NCBI GenBank assembly: GCA_965203295.1 | Contig: CBDBCZ010000017.1 | Coordinates: forward strand, 1,184,001-1,248,000 | Direction: 5' to 3' | DNA from: Nitrospirales bacterium | GTDB lineage: Bacteria > Nitrospirota > Nitrospiria > Nitrospirales > UBA8639 | Length of the DNA: 64,000 nt | Shown here: piece after piece, positions 27,225 through 54,322 of the stretch | Position numbering within the stretch: position 1 is the first letter of the stretch | Layout: each line of letters starts with the position of its first letter | The notes under the pieces: generated by a model | The model's input: only the letters and a program-made list of their open reading frames with translations | What the model was told of the DNA's origin: nothing | The model's database searches: none | Translations under genes and position numbers: made by a program

Positions 27225-30200
27225 TTGTAGAATTCGATATTCTTCATGGCGTAGACTCTACTGGAAAAGTAAGACTGAGTACTGAAACCAACAAGAAGTC
27301 TGACTTTGAATGGAAAGGCTATGGACTGAAGCTTCACGTTCCAGAAAATGCACTACCACAAAGAGTTGACAAATGTACTCTCACCATCAGAGCCCTGTTA
27401 TCTTGCCATGCGCAGTTTGAACTGCCTCCGGAATGTATTCTTGCCAGTGCAGTGTATGAAATTAAAGCACCTGTTAAATTTGATAGACCAGTCACGCTAG
27501 AAATCCAACATTGCTCCTCCATCAATAGCACAGCCCTTTGTTTTGTTGTCGCACATACAACACGTAAGCTCCCATACAGGTTTGAGAAGTTGGAAGGTGG
27601 AATTTTTCCTTCTAACTACTCTTACGGGAGTATCTCGCTGGACAATTTCTGCTTTGTTGGAATTGTCAGATGGCTCCGTAGATTATTATTCACAAGATCA
27701 GTACCATTGCTACAGTACTGTGCTCAAATTTACCGCATCTGTCACCAAAATCCTGTTGACTGGGGGCTTCATTTCGTTATAACAAAGGATCTTGATTCTG
27801 AGATTACGGTATGTTCATTCCGAATTAAATCCAGCCAGCTAAATTATTATTCTTGGCATGCTTGATATGCTCCTGGTATATAATGTTAAAGCATACCATC
27901 AAATATCAACCACCTTTTACAGGCAATAAGAGAAAAGATTGAGGAAAAACATTCTGAAGTGGAAGTAGATGACCGATTCCCCGTTCAATTTCAAGATGAT
28001 GTAATCATTCTGAGCATACCAATGGATGGCGTGGAGATAAATGGGTGGAGAATTAGCTGTCGACATCATCCCAGTGTACGTTGTAAGACTCCGTATCATT
28101 ATTTAGTGATAGTCAAGTGTTTAATCTTTCATAATACAGATCACAAAGGAAGAGGTAGACAAATTTCAGTATTCATCTGGCAGTGCACTCGGATGTCTGG
28201 TTAACATTCACTGGACGAATGAACAGCAACCTGCATACTTCGAGTACAAAGAAACCCTTGATGGTGCAGAGCCTTCAAGAAATTTTTTCACTATCACATA
28301 CCCACCCCTACAAGCAGCAGGTAAGACTGGTCTATTGCTTGAAAGCCTTATAAATTTATTAAATATCCGTGTAGGTGTTGAGACATTGCAGGGACAAGCT
28401 TTTGTAGGAATGAGAAAATTATGAAGGACTGAGAACCCAATTGGTCTATCCCACAAACATTAAATTTGCTTTTCTTCTCCAACTTTAAAACTAGTCTTAA
28501 ATGCATGTGTTTCAGGTACTAGTAAAATTTTCACGAACAGTAAGAGTTTCTTTTGCTTTATGGTGTCATATTTAGACTTCAACATACGTACCCTTGAGCT
28601 TGTTCCCAGTCTGCCCGCTTTCTTTTATGTGTTTGAAGCATCTTGCATGTTGGCTAGCTTCGACAGACGATGTTAGCAGCTAGTGTCTGTGTAGGGCTTG
28701 CTTAGCAGAATAGAGCCATACTACTTATATTGGAAGTAACATATTATAAGTTTAGCCCTCTCGTCAGCTGATTCCTGCCCCCATATGTAGGCCTGAGCTA
28801 ATTGCTCATTCAAACTTACCTATTATTCAAATTCTTTATTCTTGCTTTTCTTCCCTTTTATTCAAGTGATCCTACCCGATTATTCAAATGATTATGACCT
28901 GCTATTCAACTTAAAGGAAGTTTTTTGATGGTGTTAGTGTTGTTTTAGTATGGCTTTACATAATTAGATTTAGTTTTAGTAAAAAAGCTAATAAAGAACA
29001 AGTATAATTTTAGTTTTAGTTAGTCAACTAAAAAGAAAAAAGGGTTACTAAAACACTTTTAGTATTAGTTAACCAAATCTAAACGTGTTGATTTTGGCGG
29101 AAAAAATATTAGTTTAGTTATAGTTTATTCACAGAGGCCAATACCCTTGAAGTTTTAGTTTTAGTTAGTTAACTAAATCTGTTTTTGCTCCAACTAAAAC
29201 ACTTTTTGTTTTTAGTTTCAGTTAACTAAAACAACACTAGTTGGCGTTGTTCAATGCAAAACATTACACACACACACACACATACCTTACGCTTACACGC
29301 AAGATGGGAGGATTTTGGGGGCCTTTAGCACCACAAGGATCAATACAGGGGGTGATAATAAATTATAGCCTGGCATACAGCCTCCTCCTCCATCGGCACT
29401 GAGTCACTGACCCACGCATAGTAGTTTAAAGGTCATGCCTAGATGTTAAAAGTGTGCGTGTGCAAACCAAACTTTCGCTTTCCTTACCGATTATTCAACA
29501 TCTGAAAAATCTCCCCTATTATTCAAAATGTTATTTGTGAATAATTAGCTCAGGCCTACCCATAAGGCCCATAAGAATTTATGGCGTAAATATAAAGTAT
29601 AGGCTTTTCAATACTTCCATGCAGCCATATCACGGCTACACTGGTGAGAGGGTAATATGCAAAAGTAATGTGCCATTGATAGCCATTAATCTGCTTTACA
29701 TGTACTGAAATGTGTTGAGGAAAGGCTAGGAATGATCCTCACATGACTACATGTACATAAATTATGTATCGACCCCACCCCTAGCTTAGTTAGGCTATGA
29801 TTATCTGTCATCTATTGTAAATTTTCTGGGCTTTCAAAACTTTATTTTGCTGTGAGTATTCAAGTTCAGATATTCAATCAAATTACACACAAGATAGTCC
29901 TTGAGCATTTTATTAGGATACATTGTTCTTTCTGTTCCTTCAACACATACAGTGAAACGTACACCTCCTACCGGCAGCACTGACAGTGAAATGACACTAG
30001 CAGTTCCAAAACTTGTAGACCTGGTTGAGCATGTCAAAACCACCTGGTGGTATAATCTTGGCCTGCATCTGGGTGTGAATGACAGCAGGCTACGAGTTAT
30101 TGAGAAAGATACCAGGGGAGACTGTCAGACTGGACGGAGACGCATGTTCCAGGAGTGGCTACGCAGCTGTGAAGAACCATCATGGGACGATGTGATTCGG

Positions 30201-30257
30201 GCACTTCGAAGAATAGGAGAAAGAAGAATTGCTGCTGAAGTATGCCAAAAGTTTTGA
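27225..30257 (+). CDS. ZU5-UPA-Death domain protein (UNC5/ankyrin/PIDD-type module); exons ~27225-27808, 27923-28075, 28140-28320, 29953-30257; start exon not located
   Basis: ZU5 motif GYGLKLHVPENALP..SAVYEI..FDRPVTLEIQHC; Death-fold WYNLGLHLGV..MFQEWLR..PSWDDVIRALRRIGE; all three GT-AG junctions keep frame (phases 0,0,1). Confidence 0.85.
28788..29558. mobile_element. hAT-type MITE in intron
   Basis: TIR TAGGCCTGAGCTAATT..AATTAGCTCAGGCCTA; 8-bp TSD CCCATATG/CCCATAAG. Confidence 0.8.
28935..29239. mobile_element. hAT-type MITE nested in the previous MITE
   Basis: TIR TAGTGTTGTTTTAGT..ACTAAAACAACACTA; degenerate 8-bp TSD GATGGTGT/GTTGGCGT. Confidence 0.75.
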
Positions 30258-30952
30258 TGCATGGTACAAAAATTACATTGTGATGTCTTTTATTTTTTAT
30301 AATTAAATTTAATCCTACTGTTTGTGGTTGCATTCTTATGACTAATATTGTATAATACTTTCTTATATAAGTACATTGTACTTATTTTTGTACTATTTCA
30401 ACACTGCTGCAATTTGCTTGAATTGGTTAATTGGAATTAGGACTTTATATTTCAAGCACAAGGATCACTATATAACACATGCAAAGTAGCAGAAGTCTAC
30501 TTAAGCTACAGCATGCATAATTGTCCATATTATGCGCATGCATGATTGTGGAATTTGTGGACAATCAAAGAGTGGGTATACATGGATGGCAAGTTATAGT
30601 AATTACACAGCAACAGTATTAATAATTATTCTCGGAATATTGTGCTGCATAAATTTAATGATAGAGACGTAAACATATCATGCAGGATAAATATATATGT
30701 ACATGCACATGAACGGCTGCAGCATGCATATACAATGTCATGTAGGCTGCACAACATTGTGTACATGTCATGTAGATATAGCTGTGGTACATTTATATGC
30801 AGGCCATGGTATTTAAAAAAATACTAGCTTATAAAACAAGTCAAAAAAAAAAGCTGACAGCCAGCAGAATCATGCATGCAGGTTACATTATTATGATAAA
30901 AGAGTCCCTGAGTAGGTATATAAGACAGCCAAGCCACTTACTAAGACCTCTG

Positions 30953-45716
<14,764 letters not shown>

Positions 45717-45759
45717 ATTATTACAACTGGCTCAAACCTGGAGGGAAGTTGGTAGTGGG

Positions 45760-45935
45760 GTGGGGGAGGGGTGGGGGAGGGGAGGGGAGGGCAGGGGAGG
45801 GGAGGGCAGGGGAGGGGAGGGAAGGGGAGGGGAGGGGAGGGGAGGGGAGGGGAGGGGAGGGGAGGGAGGAGAGGGGAGGGGGAGGGGAGGGGAGGGGAGG
45901 GGAGGGGAGGGGAGGAGAGGAGAGGGGAGGGGAGG
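45760..45935. repeat. (GGGGA)n simple repeat
   Basis: ~175-bp G-rich pentamer run just upstream (minus sense) of the acceptor at 45737. Confidence 0.97.
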
Positions 45936-46399
45936 ATAAACAGTTTGAATCATGCTACATGTACATGCATATGTTGCAATTGAATCGTTTCATATAGGTG
46001 TAGGAATGTTTTTATCTTCAGAGTAGTCTCCAAGCACAGTGTGGAAAACTTTTATAGGGGCTCACTCAAATTACACTAGACAAGATCCCACCCATCACTG
46101 CATGACCCAGACACACATAATAAGCTCATAAACCATTAGGTGTTTACAAGAACCTTATAACTGAGGCATTGTCCTCATTTCTAATTTAGCTACCTGGTAG
46201 CTAGGCGTGCAAGGACGCTAGTCAACAAGCTGTGCTCTGGGGACTGGGACGAGACTAACACTGGTCTGTATAACGAGGCCAGGGCAAGGTAACGTATGAA
46301 CAGGCAAAATAATTATTTCTGCCAACCTTTCTTCAGCGTCAGCACAACTGATGTGCAAAGCATAAGATAAGATGGGAGTTTTCCAGGCTTTGTTCTCAC

Positions 46400-46560
46400 A
46401 GCTTTCGTCCTTCCCAGCCTCGCGGCAAACTAGCGCCAAAACAGACTTTGTACGCATGCGTAGAACTTGAACACGTGTTCGTTTCCATAGCGCGCGTCAT
46501 GTCACGCGCTTGCGTGTGATTTATCACGTGTCTGGCGGGAAACATTTTTGAGTTCGAACG
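46400..46560 (-). promoter_or_regulatory. Probable CDCA7 promoter
   Basis: CpG-dense; CGCATGCG (NRF1-like), CACGTG boxes and an E2F-like GGCGGGAAA at ~46533, fitting a cell-cycle gene. Confidence 0.5.
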
Positions 46561-46687
46561 GTCTCCTCACAGAATACACAGCTGCAGGACTACAGTACAA
46601 TGGAGGTTAGTTCAAACTGATTGGTCTGGCTAGGGTGGCTATAGGTTAGCTACCTTGCAGATTAAAAACGTAACTTAAGTTTACTCT

Positions 46688-46953
46688 TAGTCTCGTTCCT
46701 AGGTTCTCCCGTGCGAAGGTCTGGGAACAAGGCTAACTTAGTCCAGTTTGTACGGGTTTGAAGCTCGCTTTGAACCCATTGGTCCCACTCTTACGTGACA
46801 CAGACCTAGTCTCGCGAGCCAGCCGGCTTTTCAAAAACCGGCTGGCTCGTGAGACTAGCACAGACCCTGATTTACCTTAGTCTCGTACCCAGAGCCCTCC
46901 CCATTCTCCCCACGGTAAAGTTGAGAGTGGGGAGGGCTCTGGGTACGAGACTA
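46688..46953. repeat. Three short palindromic TAGTCTCG..CGAGACTA elements; others at 48499-48568 and 61096-61359
   Basis: For example TAGTCTCGCGAGCCAGCCGG..CCGGCTGGCTCGTGAGACTA and TAGTCTCGTACCCAGAGCCCTCCCC..GGGGAGGGCTCTGGGTACGAGACTA. Confidence 0.8.
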
Positions 46954-47072
46954 GACGTACCTCTTAGAATAGTAATTTGTAAGACATTCTCATCCACCTG
47001 TCAAAAATTGAGACTATTTGGCAGTATTGCCTGGACGAAGTAGACATTTCATTCCCTGACCTTTCAGAGATT

Positions 47073-48490
47073 TTAGCAGTTGGTCTGGGTACGAGGTCGT
47101 TTCAATACAATTCCTCCCAAGGCAGGAAGGCTTGTGGTGATATTCACAGTGGCAGATGCTAGTGCAACAGTACTAATAGACAAATACCGAGTTGCACGAA
47201 GTGCATGGAGTAGTTCGGTAACATCACTGGTATGGAGATATGCCCAAAATCTCTTGAATTGCGAATAAGATGCAGACACTGACCTAAAAGTAAAGGGCGT
47301 AGCTATTTAGGAGTGCATACATGTACATGTACATTTGAATTACGCATTGCGCGCTTGTGCACGTGGCTGTATCTCGATACAGACACAATGCAACTAGCAA
47401 TGGTACATATAATTACACCTCTAGGCCCTACCATAACCCTATCTCTAACCCCTAACCCCAACTTACACTTCGTACTAAACCAATAGCCGGTAGGTAAAGT
47501 GCCAGTGGAATAGCCTTAGATCTAGGTTTTTGTAATAATAATCACTTACAAAAAGTAGGTCTTTGACGTGGGCAAATTCATAATGGGGTTCTTGCTCCGC
47601 CCAGAGCCCAGACAGTAGCTGGATGCAGTGTACCCTCTGCCGGACCAGCAGGGAGGGGTGCAACACCCTGAGGAGAGCCAGGGACAGAGGCGTGGCCTGG
47701 CCCGAACCCAACATGGGAATGGGCAATCCAATCGAAGTGAGTTTGAGATGACAGTTCCACATATACATGTATACATGTAGCCGTTCTGGCTGTTAGGGCC
47801 ATGCTATTTTTGGGGGACTGTTGTTTTTAGGAGACCTATACGAAGCGTAATGATTAGGATATTGGTACAAACCATACTTATACCATACCTAGCTCAAACT
47901 GACCAATCAGCTTACAGTATTCGAGGGAAATAACGGGCCATATTTCCCGCGGACAGATCAAAGAAAGCATTGTCGTGGACTTGCCTGCCGCCTTTGGACC
48001 TTCACCAGTCTTCGTAGGCATGGTACAAGCCAGATATTACTCTGGCACTCGCGAAATATGACCCGTTAATTCCCTCGCGCCAGGGTAATATCCTATACTC
48101 AATTAGAATGCTAGGTCCCCATATAAGGTCAGAGGCCCGCCTAAAGCAAAAAGCTGCAGCTTCTGGTCAGCCATAGGAGTTACTGGTTACCTCCAGGTGC
48201 TACTAAACTATCTGATGATTGTCTGCATACGGTTAGGCCGTTCTCATTTAACAAATACATGTACATGTAGAACATTGTACATGTATATGCAACATGCACG
48301 AGAGTCTGTAAGTCTTGTATTGTAAGCTGCCTGCCTTTGTGTGTAATGCATGGCATTCGATCTGTTGGCTGTGGACCAAGTGTCTTTGCTGTATTTTCTC
48401 CCAGGAGCCAGTGATCCACACTAGCCTGGACGACGCCTTTGCCAGCATGCTGCAGTTCATGAGCATCAGTACCAGGAAGTGCAAGGTGGG
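47073..48490 (-). CDS. Possible exons of an unidentified gene (~48490-48340, ~47740-47551, 47282-47073)
   Basis: Three GC-richer open segments, donor GTAAGT at ~47550 and acceptor TTTAG at ~47283; no recognisable domain, and phases were not all resolved. Confidence 0.3.
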
Positions 48491-49159
48491 CTTTAGGCTA
48501 GCCTCGTTCCCAGGCTTTTTCGCATGCATGAAAAAAAGCTGGGCAGAAGAGCCTGGGAACGAGGCTAGCTATAGGTTTGGGCAGCAAGGTAGAATGTATG
48601 TTAGATACATTCTGTGAATCAAATTTAATACTATTTACACATGTATGTTGCATTGCGCATTGTATAAAATGCACTACACATTGTATCTTTAAACTGCGCA
48701 GCACTAAATTAACCCTATCCCTAATTCTAACCCTAACCCCAACTGTAACCCTAGACTAAGTCCCAACTGTAAGCCTAGCTAGCACTATCAATTCTAAAAT
48801 GCACAGCGTAATTTATAAACTGTGTAAATGTGCCCAACAAATGTATGTCACGCAGGAGTGCTGCAAACTAGAGATGTTTGTTGGTGTTTTGAATATAAAA
48901 ACTATACACGTACATGTATTAGTTGGGCCGTTAGTTTATAATTACAGAGCATGTTTTCTGATGGACCTCACATTAATGCGCACATTATCCATCTCCTTTA
49001 TGTTGGCTTTCCCTCCTGTAGCGCTACCACGGCAGCCACGCCCCTCACATCAGAGGGTCTCGGGAGGAGCAACATTCTCTGCGGTTTCACTCTCCTCTCT
49101 ACACTCCCGCCATCACCTCCAACCCCGTGAGCTAGCCCTAGTTAATACCCTTGTTCCCA

Positions 49160-49330
49160 GTCCCAGGAATGGGGGACTGGGAATGGGGCTGCCCTGTCTC
49201 TACTCCCCGGCTGGGAACGGGGGACTGGGAATGGGGCTGCCCAGTCTCTACTCCCCAGCTGGGAACGAGGGACTGGGAATGGGGCTGCCCAGTCTCTACT
49301 CCCCAGCTGGGAACGGGGGACTGGGAATGG
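49160..49330. repeat. 48-bp minisatellite, ~3.5 copies
   Basis: GGGACTGGGAATGGGGCTGCCC.GTCTCTACTCCCC.GCTGGGAAC repeated. Confidence 0.9.
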
Positions 49331-50289
49331 TCTGCTGTGTTTATGAAATAGCGGTTAGTCCCCACCCTAGCATCATCTCCTGAAGTTGCCTTAACCAGCC
49401 TCGTCCCCAATCTGAATGTTTGTAGTATTGATTGTACACTTTGTTGTCATACATGTAAATAAACGTGTAATTTAGCTTGTACTGTGTACCTAAGCAGTGT
49501 ATTTTGAGCAACTAGTGTACATCCATGTACCCTTGTACATTAGCCTCGCGTAGCCAGCCCCTCGTGAAAAATGGAGAGCCTGGTCCAATGCCCGAGGAAT
49601 GTGGGTGGAGGCTAAATTAAGCGGGTGTTAGTCACTTAATTTACAATGTAGTGGTGTTGTAATAAATCATTATCTTCGCACGTGAGCGATACGTAGCAGC
49701 GAGCTGTCTCGATACCCAGGTTCCACAGTGAATGTTTTGCTGTTTGTTCAATCTGAAAATCCCAAGAATGCATGGTTACCGTATCCCTTCTTCCCAGCTT
49801 TCCAAGCCCACCAGTGTCCAGGTGAATGCTGCTCCGGGAACCTACTCTATTTCAGCTGCCAGAGCTCACAAGGAAACAACTCACGTAGTCCGGTTAGAAC
49901 CGGGAAAGTCCGTCAGTGTAACTTTATCGGTGTGACTGCTCCTTGCATATACTCTCAGTCTGCATATGTAGTCCAATTCACCACCAGCAGTTTTATTTTC
50001 CACTGCCACGCATGCAGTGATTTTGCCTTATAGCTATACTCACAAGTCCCTCTTGCATCCTTTTTATCACCATCATCGAGTATTTATGAGAAGCCTCGGA
50101 GGTTGTATTGGGTGTGAAATTTGTGTCTGGTAACTAGGGAATGAATGCAGCAGTGTATCCACGCAGCTGATGATAGTTGGTAAATTAAATGTACAAGAAG
50201 AAAGTAGCCGTAACTTCATACACACAACAGTAAAAGAGTTCACTCCCAGTGTGGTTAGTGTCATGTCCCCTCTGAGATTTAGCAAAGAA

Positions 50290-50855
50290 TAGTGCACCCA
50301 ACTGAAGTTGGGCCCTGAATATCTAGTGTGCAATACAACCCACTGCAGCTCAGCTCTAATTAGTGTGCAATGCAACCTACTGAGGTTCAGCCCTGACTAG
50401 TGTGCAATGCAACCTGCTGAGGTTCAGCCCTGAATAGTGTGCAATGCAACCTACTGAAGTTCAGCCCTGAATAGTGTGCAATACAACCTACTGAGGTTCA
50501 GCCTTGAGTAGACTACAGACAGACGGATAGATAGATATAGATAGATAGGTGAATAGATAGGTGGATAGATAGATAGATAGATACATAGATAGTAGATAGA
50601 TAGATATCGATAGAGTGCAGTGGTCTGAGAAGCCGGATTGTCAGAACAACCTCCGTTTGTTGACTCTTCTGGCTTGCGGAAGTGCTTTATTCCAGTCCAA
50701 TCACCGTTTTCCCACACAGTCCAGAACCGCTTCATTCCAGCAGAGCACGCTTTGGAAATTGCAAAACGTAGCACTTTGGCAGCACATCCATTTTTTGGTA
50801 TAGATAGATAGATAGATAGATAGATAGACAGACAGACGGACAGACAGACAGACAT
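50290..50855. repeat. ~34-bp tandem repeat followed by GATA/GACA microsatellites
   Basis: TAGTGTGCAATGCAACCTACTGAGGTTCAGCCCTGAA about 6 times; (GATA)n at 50525-50610 and 50800-50850. Confidence 0.85.
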
Positions 50856-51779
50856 ATATAGAATATTGTATTTTAGTGACAGGCATAAACAAAAATGCCC
50901 TCCTAAAAGGCCTATGAGTCACATAAATACAAAACACAAACAAATAAAAGTGGACAATGCTTATGGAGTTAAAGTCACAACCCAGATTTGTAAATAGATG
51001 TTTACCAATTAAATTACTACGACTATTAGCACAAAGTAAATTTATTAATAATTATTGTGAAGAGAGAAGAGAAAGAAGAGTCTATGCAGGAAATAATATA
51101 TTGGAAGATCTCTGCTGGTCCAATGCCTTGAAAGTCAATACATAATGAAAGTCAGATTTGACCTTGCCAGAAGAACAAAGTTTGCAGGTCGGAAGGTGCA
51201 TGGTATGGGGTTTTAGGAAGATGGTATATCAACCTGTTTCTATTTGAAGAGGAAGGCAGCCCCTACCTACCTCTGAGGGCTGCGATGATCCAGCGGTGAC
51301 CCTTACAGTGGATGTTGCTGCATGAGATAATGCTTAGGACCAGGTAAATATTCTTTAGTTTAGCAGCCTACCCCCTGAGTCCAAGCACTTCTGATTAGCC
51401 TTTAACTTTAGTTTAGAAGTTATTTTTTGTCTGGGTAAAAGACTAGTTACATTGGATGAATTCAAGTTTGTGTCAAGACTGATATGGCGAAGTAAGTTTT
51501 TAACATGAAAATACCAGGTGGCTTTACCCTTATTGGCTAATGTGAGTGGTCAATTAAAAATCTTTTGGGTTATTACAGTTGTCATCCACACTGGAAAGGC
51601 GAAACCATAGTTTTAATAAAAAACTCTAGTTGGTACATATATGTACCAAGCTGGAATTCATCCCGGGTCCCCCTCTGGTAGATCTACTGGCCAGTTTTTG
51701 CTAACACCCATAATGCATAGATTTGTTCTTGATGGTTTGTATTAGAGGGACAATAGTGTACAATGCAACCTATACTGAG

Positions 51780-52240
51780 GGTCAGCCCTGAATTGTGTGC
51801 AACGCGCGCAACAATTCCAGTATGACAGTGACTTGGAAGATGCCAAATTCTTCTCAGGACCTTGTTGAAGGCAACCTCAATGTGATACAGGGCAGGACCA
51901 GAGCCATAGAGAGGGAGACAGTAAGTCTGGAATAAATGAGTTAAAATAGCAGGACTGACACGAGGAAAGGAGGCTAATAAACAGTTGGCCTTCTTAACCA
52001 TGTCACACAACTTTTGGTTAACATCAGGAACATCGCTCAAATTGTAGTGAAGAAGATGCCTGAGATGCATGACCGTGTCAAGAAAAGAAAGCTGGTGATC
52101 GCAAAGAGTGAACAAGCCATACAAGAGGAAGATGGAGTCCGGGATCGAAAAGCGAATGAGTTGGGTCTTAGTGGGATTGAAACAAAGACTACGCTTGCTG
52201 GCAAATTCTTCACAACAACGAAAATGCTCCAGCAAAGTGA
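51780..52240 (-). pseudogene. Non-LTR retrotransposon RT C-terminal fragment (RTE-X/L2-like)
   Basis: LCFNPTKTQLIRF, V.HL.HLL, LFQTYCLPLYGS, VAFNKVLRRIWHLP. Confidence 0.75.
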
Positions 52241-52477
52241 GAGTCCCAAAAACAACCAACACCGAGGTTGCACAAATCATGTAGTAACTCATCAATGTAG
52301 ATAAGGTGTAAAGAGTAGCTATATCAGGTGTGAACAGTGCCTATATAAACTTCAAAGGCAATCACCTAGCAATGAGCTATAAATCTGTTTATAAGCCCTC
52401 CCCCTCGGGCTTATAAATCAGCAACATCACTTGTGAGGGTGATATAACTATTATGATTATAGATATATATAATAATA

Positions 52478-52746
52478 TATATACCATATGCATGTTGCTA
52501 TGGAAACAGAAAGTGGATATACACCTCATCAAAATTCGACATGATATAATACATGTAATATAATGAACCATGTCCATGCAATCGATGAATATCATTTCTA
52601 TATTCCCAGAAACCTCCGAACACCAGCAGGTGGTATAGCAATGATATTCATCAATCAGTGGACGTGGTTCATATGCTATAATATCATGTCGAATTTTGAT
52701 GAGGTGTATATCCACTTTCCGTTTCCATAGCAAGATGGTATATATA
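52478..52746. mobile_element. Foldback MITE with ~65-bp TIRs
   Basis: TTGCTATGGAAAC.GAAAGTGGATATACACCTCATCAAAATTCGACATGATAT present in inverted orientation. Confidence 0.85.
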
Positions 52747-52970
52747 GCTATATAAACGCTAGCTGAGATTCTGAGCCCATATGTCACGAATATTGGCCTC
52801 GCTGTGCTCGGCAATTATACTGGTGACACATTAACAACTGTGCATACATGTACACAATGCACTGACCGTGCATGTTAGTATACCAACACTATACCGTTGT
52901 CAGAGTCGTGAGTGACTCCGCAGCAGGAGTGACTCCCTGTAGCAAAATTAAATTCAGTTATGATCGGCTC

Positions 52971-53651
52971 TTACTCTTTTTTCTTGCAGTGTGGGCATCC
53001 TGGCGTACACTGGAGGCCCTCCTTGGTGTGGTAGCGACGGTGCGAATCTTCAGTGAAATTGCCTTTCTCAAATACTTCTTTTTGGTCAGTTTCCCTGATC
53101 GTCAGGTCCCGGGGCTTCCAATAACCTTCGCTGTTGATAAACGGCCCACCCTCAACGATCAGCCAAGATCCTTTTCCACCTCCATAGCATCCCTCCTTTT
53201 CAAATTTCAGCTTGCTTCCCTCAAAAGCCTTGCGTAAATCTTCCTGATATTTCTCAGCACTTTCGTAGGGACCGATATCTGATTCCGAGTCTTTAGACGG
53301 CTTCTGCTTGGTGTTTTTAGCGTTTGATCCAGCCCCCACGATACCTCCAGCCAGGTTTAGCAAACGTGGTTCCACGAACAACAATGCGGCGCCAGCTACA
53401 ACAGCGGCGCCGCCCCCAATCAGAACAGCTAGTGTCACTTCTTTCGCAACTTGGAGCTTCGTTATATCGTTGCTTCCATCTGGCTGTCGAGCAAAAGCGA
53501 TAACTGTGTACCAGACTGCCCCTGGCCTCCTGTAGAAAATCTCTCCGTATTTAACGCTGTTTTCAAAGTAGTGCATGGCGGCCATTGATAAGCCAACGTT
53601 GATTTCTTGTAGAGACGAGTTGTTTAACACGCCGAATCCTCCGTTCCCCAT
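52971..53651 (-). CDS. Intronless 226-aa protein with a central hydrophobic Gly/Ala-zipper segment; function unknown
   Basis: Intact ORF with ATG in good context; TATAATTATAAAA ~115 bp upstream; segment VTLAVLIGGGAAVVAGAALLFV..LAGGIVGAG. Confidence 0.75.
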   Translation of the reverse strand: MGNGGFGVLNNSSLQEINVGLSMAAMHYFENSVKYGEIFYRRPGAVWYTVIAFARQPDGSNDITKLQVAKEVTLAVLIGGGAAVVAGAALLFVEPRLLNLAGGIVGAGSNAKNTKQKPSKDSESDIGPYESAEKYQEDLRKAFEGSKLKFEKEGCYGGGKGSWLIVEGGPFINSEGYWKPRDLTIRETDQKEVFEKGNFTEDSHRRYHTKEGLQCTPGCPHCKKKE

Positions 53652-53889
53652 CCTCAGATCCTGCTTAGAAGACTATACTGACTGGTGAAGTGGTTAACAA
53701 CGAGACGCTACGAATACGCGCAGTGTCTACGACTTGTACTAGTCGTCTCGTCGACCACCGTTTTATAATTATAATGTTGTGTGGACATTACGTAATAATT
53801 AACTACGTTATTATGCAATTGCAGTGAATAGCAGCTTTTGGAGGTTTGCAGGCCAAGCTACAGCAAATGAAGGTAGTTTTGTGTTGCCT

Positions 53890-54122
53890 AGATGGCGAAA
53901 ACGTGGTAGGTATCCGTAAAGATCCCGGTTTCTTGGCATATAGCTACTAACTGGAGGCGCATGACGAAACTGCCGCGCTCAGCACTTTCGCTGTACCGCT
54001 CTAAGAATATAGTATCTCCTGCTCTACAGCTGTAGTTTAATAGCATGGCCTAAGCTGAGCTGTGTGTATTGTACGGGAAAGGCGTCCGGCTGGTTTTTTA
54101 GACATGAAATGTCAGGCTTGTT
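53890..54122 (-). promoter_or_regulatory. Conserved non-coding module upstream of the 226-aa gene (paralog of 26321-27075)
   Basis: Reverse complement AACAAGCCTGACATTTCATGTCTAAAAAACCAGCCGG..CAGCGAAAGTGCTGA..CAGTTTCGT aligns with 26321 onward. Confidence 0.5.
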
Positions 54123-54176
54123 CTGTCTCGGCCACATTTGGCCCATGAGACACACACAAAACGAGTACAAATACGT

Positions 54177-54322
54177 ATAGGATAGACCACGCCAAAGAGT
54201 GGGTTATGCGCCTATATAACCCACGAGTTTGCGGTTATCCCGAGGCGAAGCCGAGGGATAAATGCAAACAAGTGGGTTAAAGCGCATAACACACGAGTGG
54301 GTGTGGTCTATCTCACTTATAC
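54177..54322. mobile_element. Foldback element with CGAGGCGAAGCCGAGG core
   Basis: GATAGACCAC..TTATGCGC..AACCCAC arms inverted about the centre. Confidence 0.7.

Noticed and set aside
50890..51660. Second LINE (CR1/L2-like) remnant
   Set aside because: Only a vague resemblance; no continuous motif could be read
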